NCBI GenBank assembly: GCA_964016885.1
Contig: OZ024745.1
Location: 54,746,001-54,810,000 of the forward strand
DNA from: Eledone cirrhosa
Taxonomy: Eukaryota
Reading direction: 5' to 3'
Length of the DNA stretch: 64,000 bases
A model generated the notes under the pieces. The model saw only the letters and a list, made by a program, of their open reading frames with translations, had not been told where the DNA came from and did no database searches. The position numbers were made by a program, and so were the translations under genes. Every line of letters starts with the position of its first letter. Positions within the stretch are counted from its first letter, which is position 1. Below, one piece after another: positions 56,666-64,000 of this stretch.

Positions 56666-58865
56666 AACAGAATGCAATTTCAAACAAAGCTATTTTAACT
56701 ATATATATATACTCGAACGTGGCGGTTCGTATCTTTAAAAATATATATATCTTATGCATAGGAGAAAAGACTGTAACGTTGAACACCCCCGCCCCTCAAC
56801 ATACACACGCGCAAAAGCGAACATATATGAATACACGATACTAATTGTCTTTAAATGTAATATGTTTCTACTTAAATTCTATAAAATTATACCTGAACAG
56901 GATTAAACAATTAAACAATTAAACATTAATCAAACGGTGTTGCATTATGCTTATTTGCATAGTCTTCATATTAGCTTCGGAGTCTTTCTCTATGTTAATT
57001 GTCTTTAATAAGTTTAGATCTTGATTGCTTTCACTATTTAAAAACAGATAACTAAATCTCAAATTAATTTCCCTGTTAAAACTGTTTTTGGATCCCTTTA
57101 AACTTCTGAGTTATTGGTATTCCTAGGCAAGACTCACTGGTTATATTAGTGTGTTGAATAATTTACATAACCTTGCGTTTAAGTGTAGACAACTCATATA
57201 TTTAGAACTGCCGTTTATTGCATCTATCATCGCTGGGGCATGAAAATCTGGGCAAATATAGTTTAAAGTGTACCAGAGTTAAAATCACATTATATACCTT
57301 AGGCCATTTCAGCATCGAGTAAACGTTTTCTTAATGTTATTTCATTTATTCATGTAAATTCGTGTAAAACGCGTCAGTAGTTAAGCATATATGGAATACA
57401 TTCTTAAGAGATTCTGAAACCACTTAAAGAGACACATAATATACGATGCAACGATACAGCAAAAAATCCAAAGAATGCATACGGTCGATTGATTTGTTGA
57501 AATAGTAGTTCGATAAATTCATATCAACGTCTACCATGATACGATTCTGCGAGAAGCGACCCTCAAAACATCTTTACTGATACTTAAGTAAATATGTAAT
57601 TCCAATTCTCATAATGTTTGATGATTCAAATAACCAATGTTTATCCTGTGCAGGATATCTAAAATAGAAATCAATTTCCGTCTACCAGATTCCATTCACG
57701 GCGCAATGCTTAGTTTGATGGTATAAAAGGAGACACGTGTACAGGGCGTCAAATATTATCAAACCCGAAACCATAACGGTTGCGTAATAGATTAATATAT
57801 CCACACAGTCAAGATTTCACCTATGTTAAAGGTGAAACGTCTTTATTTGTGTGTGTTTGAGATATATGTATATGTTTGAGATATGTGTGTGTGTGTTTGA
57901 GATATATGTACGTGTTTGAGATATATGTACGTGTAACAAAAAATATTTCTTCTAAAAGCTATGTCTTTGAAACGAAAAGAAATGGTTGAAATTGGATACT
58001 CTTGAATTCCAGTCTTTTTCAAACATCCCCCGACAAATGGTTTTCCTATCTCCATGTGATAAATACTCACATAACACACACATATACATACAGCTTTATT
58101 GTCATTCATAAACAGACAAACACAAGAAACAAATAGGTACATAGAGGACACTGACGCATACACATAGTACCAATTTATTAATTGCAAGAGATAAAATATA
58201 CAATATTTTTCACGAGCCAGGTTGAAAATTAATAAATACAAACGAAGTGGACAAATCAATAGATAGATTGGAATCTAACGCATTCTATGGAACAGATAGC
58301 AAAATACGTTATATTAATTTGGCAAACTTCTAATCTCAGACAACCCATGAATATAACACACAAACACACAAACACACACGTGAACAGACACTCACATGCG
58401 CACACAGACTTCCACACACACAGACAGACACACACACAAACACACACACATACACAGACACTCACATACACTCAAACATACACCCACACACAGCAGACAC
58501 TCACACAGACACGCACACATATATATATGTATAACGAAAGAGGGAAAAAAAGTCTGCTGTGCTGAGACCGTGGAGACCACAAATCCTGGGAGTACACAGT
58601 ATGTGGGAAGATGCAGAGTACATTACCTTTCTCTCTCACTCGGTCTCTCTCTCCCCATCTCTCTCCCTCCCTCTCTATCGTTCTCTATCTCTCAAACACT
58701 CTCTCACACTCTCTCTCTCTCTCTATATATATATAAAACAAAGAGGATGTCATAAGAAACCAGGTGGGCCATAACGCACCGGAGTTCAGATCTACAAGTC
58801 AAACCGGCCAGAGCTCAGCAATCGAGCTCCTGACTCTTTTCCTATACACACAAACACACACACAC

Positions 58866-58963
<98 letters not shown>

Positions 58964-58975
58964 ATATATGTATTT

Positions 58976-59845
58976 CGTTTCTGAATTTGGTTAGCAAGAT
59001 TCTTTATCTGAAAACGTGTGTTGAAACCGATATTGTTATACTTTGGGACGGTCATGTTGCCAATAAGAAACACACGCACTATATGCTTTTACTTCAATTT
59101 ATTATAATAAATTTATAAATTTAGGAATTTATAAATTTCCGGTTGGCTGGTTGGTTCCACAACCAGATGATTGTTTATATATTGTCAAAGTTCTTTCGTC
59201 ACACATTCTGTGACCTCTTCAGTGACTGGGGATTATTTTCTGTTTTTGTGCCTCTCCTCTGTTCTGCACTACGCCATCTTGTTTTTGTGTATGTTATGTG
59301 CTTAGTTTGCGCATGTGTTACATCCGGGTGTCTGTGTGTGTTTATATGTGTTTATTTATTTGTTTATTTACATGTTACTGGTAGGTTGTTTGTTCTATGT
59401 GCGTGTCTGTTTTCATTTTGTCCTTAGTTGTGATGTTGCTGTTCCATTCATGTTTTCTATTTAATTTTGGTTGGAGTTCATTTATGTTTCTTGCCTCTGT
59501 GATTTGTCTAAACATTGCGTCTTTTCTGTGTGTAGATTCTATTTTTATTTCTATGTTCTCTAATTTACCCATATGTTATATTTTAGCATGTTGGTAGAGT
59601 ACAGATGATTCTTTACTATCTTGAAGGTCTCGCCAGTGCTCATTTATCCGTTCCCCTATACTACGAGCTGTCTCACCTATGTACACTATATTGTACACTT
59701 GAGAAACATTTGTAACCAGGATTGAGCAGTACATCTCCTATGTAACACCTCCACTTTGTTCTTATTATATACACCCTGCTCTGAATCGCATACAGACCTG
59801 GGTTCTCTCACCAGTTTTCTTCGGACTTACTAAAATTTCTTCGCA
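58976..59845 (-). mobile_element. 5'-truncated Penelope-like element: GIY-YIG endonuclease and 3' region with HHR
   Basis: VYIGETARSIGERINEHW (YIG 59675-59683); RQITEARNINELQPKLNRKHEW; related to but distinct from 54222-55865. Confidence 0.9.
59184..59226 (-). ncRNA. Type I minimal hammerhead ribozyme in the PLE 3' region
   Basis: Identical in sequence to the 47959-48001 motif. Confidence 0.82.
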
Positions 59846-59877
59846 TATATATATATCTATATATATATATATATATA

Positions 59878-60186
59878 TCATCGCTATTTCAGAGCACCAA
59901 TCCTAATATCTAATTTTTGGTGGACCGGAAATCACCCTGTATAATCAGATCCTGATTATTACTGGAATTCTATAAGAATACAGCTTTTATAATTTTCGGC
60001 GGAAGCAGGGTAATGCATGGCTCTGATGAACACCAACCAGCGTGAAACAGACTGTCAGGTGTTCTCCCTACTTTCAATCAAAATAAGTAAGTGACATAGT
60101 CACTACTTTAAAATGGATAGAGAACTGTCTTCTAAATGTGTTTAATTAAACATACGGTATATTGCCAAATAGGCTATACATACATA
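59878..60186 (+). mobile_element. Complete monomer of family A (~310 bp, non-coding)
   Basis: Diverged reverse-complement homolog of 5935-6243; TA tract at the 5' side. Confidence 0.85.
60017..60062 (+). ncRNA. Type I minimal hammerhead ribozyme (family A), partly decayed stems
   Basis: atggct CTGATGA acaccaaccagcgt GAAA cag-a-ctg TC aggtgt; near-palindromic stem III with a 1-nt loop. Confidence 0.7.
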
Positions 60187-62639
60187 GTTATTCACAACGT
60201 TTAAGTTGATATGGTGTTTTGAAGCGTACCATAATGTTTTCTATTGGCTCAAACCCTGTTGAAAAACCACCAACAGAAATTACTTTGCCTGGCATTATAC
60301 ACTTGGTTAAACTACATGCAGCGCGTGTGTGTTATAACACACACACAAACACACACACACACATACACACACACACACACAGACATATGTATATATGCAT
60401 GTATGTATGTATCTATGTATGTATGTAGGTGTATATATAAATATATTCAGAGAAAGTGAAATCAATCAGACAGGTAGGTAGATGCAAATAAGTAATTTAT
60501 ATATGATATATAATATAGAGACATATGTGTCTGTGTCTGTGTGTGTGTGTGAGAGTGGTGCCTGTGTGTGTGTGTGTGAGATAGCGTTGGGCAGAGGAAG
60601 AATGAGGTAGAAACAGAAAAATATTAAAGATAGGAACATATGCACTAATGGGGAATTTGGAAGTAAAACAAATCTGGAATGAGAGAGGAAATTATTGTGA
60701 ATGCATGTACGATAATAGTTCTAAATAGGAAAGTTAGATATACAATACCGAGAAATACTGGCTTACTTGAAATGTATTCAGTGGTAGTATGAGAAAGATA
60801 TTTTACTTGAGAGAGAGAGAGAGCGAGAGAGAGAGAGGGGGAGAGAGAGAGAGAGAGAGAGTGAGAGAGAGAGCAGCTAGTGTAGATAAGTAAGTGAAGA
60901 TTTCTAAATCCGCAATGTTCTTAATGAGCCACCTCTTTACTCTAGTTCGCCCTCAACACATCCACATGCACATCATCACAAGTGACAATCTCAGTTTTTT
61001 ACAAAATGCAAAGTAGTTCGATATATTAACCTCTTAGGAAATGGCACAGAACATGATTTAAAAAAATTTAATATATATAGTGGCGGTGTTAACTTGGCAT
61101 GCCACCCTCCAATAATTATATTTTCTCCCAAACTACGAAAACACTCATCTAATTCGCTACAGTTTATGTACATGTTTTTTTCTTTTTATCACATATCGAG
61201 ATGTTCTAACCAACTTAGTATGCAAAGAACTAAACTAATCACTGCATGTCAATTGTCCAAATTTGACCCCTAACCCCATCATTCAAAAATGCTTCCACCG
61301 CTCTTGCTATACATACACACACCCGTATATAAACACAGCAAAACACTGAAACACATGACACACGCAACCAATTCATAGATGCACCATCATGTACAATATA
61401 TACACCACTCCGACAATCCTTTGCACGGAATCAGTTCGTTTCATCTCTCATATGTGTACACACATACTTGCACACACATGATTGTACATACGCATATATA
61501 CGCACGCTAATAACCTACACGAACTCACTCATCCTTACACTCAAACCTTGACACATACATACAGATACATACATACATTCATCATTCATCCTTTTATATA
61601 CACATTTAAACATACACCCACACGGATACACACAGAGGCACTTTAAGCAACAAACACACGGATACACACACACACTATCAGTAAATAGATGTACACCACA
61701 TCTATACATTGAACTGTATATACACATAAACAAAATATAAAAACAACCGAGAAAACCACCAAAAACACAGACAGAACTAGACAAACATACACATCTAAAC
61801 TTTTAGACATGATGCATACTCCATACAAACACAAATATACACACACACCTATTGGCAATGCAGATACATAGACACATGTGCTAACACCTCTCTTACACAC
61901 ATACGGAAGATACACCCAGACATACACATACATACACTATCCCCAACAAAATACACTCCACTCGAACACACATAAGCACACTGACACTCATACACAACAA
62001 TATAAACAAAATTCACAAGCCTCACACCTAAACCAACCTGCAAGAACAACTCTTTGATTTCCTCAATTCTTTTAAATTCTTTTGAATTCTGTTAGTCAAA
62101 TGTTTGTATCGGCAACGTAGTCTGTATTCATAACGAAACGCACACACAACCTCCACCTCCCCTTTTGTTTCATTCATCTACCAGTCACCACCAGCTACCA
62201 AATAGCTTTTAGAACTAATGATGATTATATCAAAAATGTTTACATCACTGGAATACACATTTTCCCCATTACCATCTTTCCATTCGAGGGAGGTAAATCC
62301 CTAATCTGAGACGTGACGTGGTGCATGACGTTATCCGCCCCAAGCCTTGTCACTATGGCTACAAACCCGAGCACCACCATCCGAGATGCCGAGAAGGGGT
62401 ACATAATTAAATACCAGGGTTTGACCTACCACTTAATTATCGGACCCACACTGCTGGTTTCCTTCGTAGAATCGGAAAGACATTGGAACACCTGGTGAAA
62501 GAACGCTACAAGACAGATTGACTGTGGCAATATGTGTCACTTTCTCCGTAGCAATACATTTGCCGTTATATCCTCGGAGCGCAGCTAAAACACTGCTCAG
62601 ACTGGAGTGCTTCGTTTCCCCTTTTGTTATTTCTTTGAT

Positions 62640-62812
62640 AGGGCGGTGGATTGGCAGTATCGGTAGAGGGTCGGACGCCATGCTTTCCAGCATAGTTACG
62701 TCACTTTACGATCCGAGGTTCACTTTGCCTTTCATCCTTACGGGGTCGATAAAATAAAGTACCAGTAATGCACTGGGTATTTGCTGGCCTTGTGCCTAAA
62801 GTAGAAACAGTT
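62640..62812 (+). mobile_element. tRNA-derived SINE lacking the B-box
   Basis: 5' gggcggtggattggcagtatcgg, core and tail; TSD gttatttc(t/c)ttgat at 62626-62639 and 62810-62823. Confidence 0.92.
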
Positions 62813-63519
62813 ATTTCCTTGATTAATTGTTCTTTGTCATTCTTTTTCGAATTTTCCATTCTTGTTTCCTTATTACCGTTCGTTGTAGTTATCACATTTT
62901 TTGTGATTATCACACATTCTGAATTATATAATCAACGTCTGAAATTTTGATAATATATACGATCATCACTTCACACACTCGCAAAAACAAATATGCTTCG
63001 AACTTATATATCACCACACATGTAAATGTATCTTTATATGTATGTTTGTATGTATGTTTGTATGCAGGTATATATACGTATATATACGTACCTATCCATG
63101 TTTATGTACTCAAACACACATATGTATTATGCACTGAATGACATAAACAATAACGGCTAATATAACAGATCCATTAATCAACAATTGAAGTTTATATGGG
63201 TGTTAACATACATATCGTAGAATTTTGTTTATTTCTTTTGGTAAATGCTGTATCTTTGCAATAGTCTTCCTTTGTTAATGAATGCATGTAGATATTTACT
63301 TTTTCTTTTCGGTGTATTTTAATATAAGAAAGAAGTTGTTTTGAAGCATTTAATATTAAAACACATGATTGATAAAAAATAATGCGCCATGCAAGATGCA
63401 ACAAAAATAATATTTGGTGTACTAGTTTTTTGAAAGAGATAATTATCTATATGTAAGCGTAATCAATAATATGGTAATAAAACTTTCACGAGGAGATTAT
63501 CACAGGGAAAAATAAAATA

Positions 63520-63785
63520 CCTCAGGTAAATCTGTAGCAGATTTAAAGCCATTGAGTTTCAATAGTGTCCTACTGGAAGACAATGTAGTTCATGCTGTTC
63601 CATTCTATTCAGCTGGTAACAATGATTTGGAACAGTAATTCAAATGACCTGCCTTGTCATACATTGTGTCTCAATGATTCCCTCTGAGGATAGAATGTTC
63701 AACCACTTACAGGTTAACTTTATATGCAGGCCGTACTTTTAATCAAATATCTTCAAAATTCGTCGTCGGAACTGCCGAAAGTCAA
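63520..63785 (+). mobile_element. Old degenerate SINE-like repeat of a second family
   Basis: Eroded motifs ccttgtcatacattgtgtc, accacttacaggttaa and cgtcgtcggaactgccgaaagt resemble a common octopod repeat as recalled; no second copy in the window. Confidence 0.4.
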
Positions 63786-63880
<95 letters not shown>

Positions 63881-63908
63881 CTTCTCGCTACAATACTTTC
63901 TATAATTT

Positions 63909-63939
<31 letters not shown>

Positions 63940-64000
63940 GGGAGAGAGAGAGGGGTGGGGGGAGAAGTATGTGTGTGCGTGAACGTATCTGGTTCTATTC

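Noticed and set aside
61078-61306. Possible hAT-type MITE with agtggcggtg/caccgctctt ends
   Set aside because: TIRs too degenerate and no clear TSD or second copy

Overview
AT-rich, microsatellite-saturated animal DNA with no recognisable host protein-coding gene. The repeat content (a tRNA-derived SINE with a GCCTTTCATCCTTACGGGGTCGATAAAATAAAGTACCAG core, RTE and Penelope relics, very dense (TA)n/(CA)n/(GA)n) suggests an octopod cephalopod intron or intergenic region; this is inference. Identifiable elements are decayed RTE, CR1-group and R4-like LINE fragments, two tandem L1/Tx1-type LINEs bounded by (TATC)n (32.55-40.38 kb), three Penelope-like (PLE) coding remnants, a deleted mariner, a hAT-type non-autonomous element, a non-autonomous Helitron and about a dozen SINE copies. 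The main signal missed by the ORF track is about 14 type I minimal hammerhead-ribozyme (HHR) motifs in at least 7 sequence families. Two lie in the 3' ends of GIY-YIG-encoding PLEs; the others lie in short non-coding elements, several about 300 bp. They include a head-to-tail dimer with predicted cleavage sites 317 nt apart (retrozyme-like), a palindromic double HHR, HHRs with greatly extended stem II and a family with a non-canonical CAGAAGA core. Several inversion breakpoints fall at HHR boundaries or at a predicted cleavage site. All folds were derived by eye and ribozyme activity is untested.
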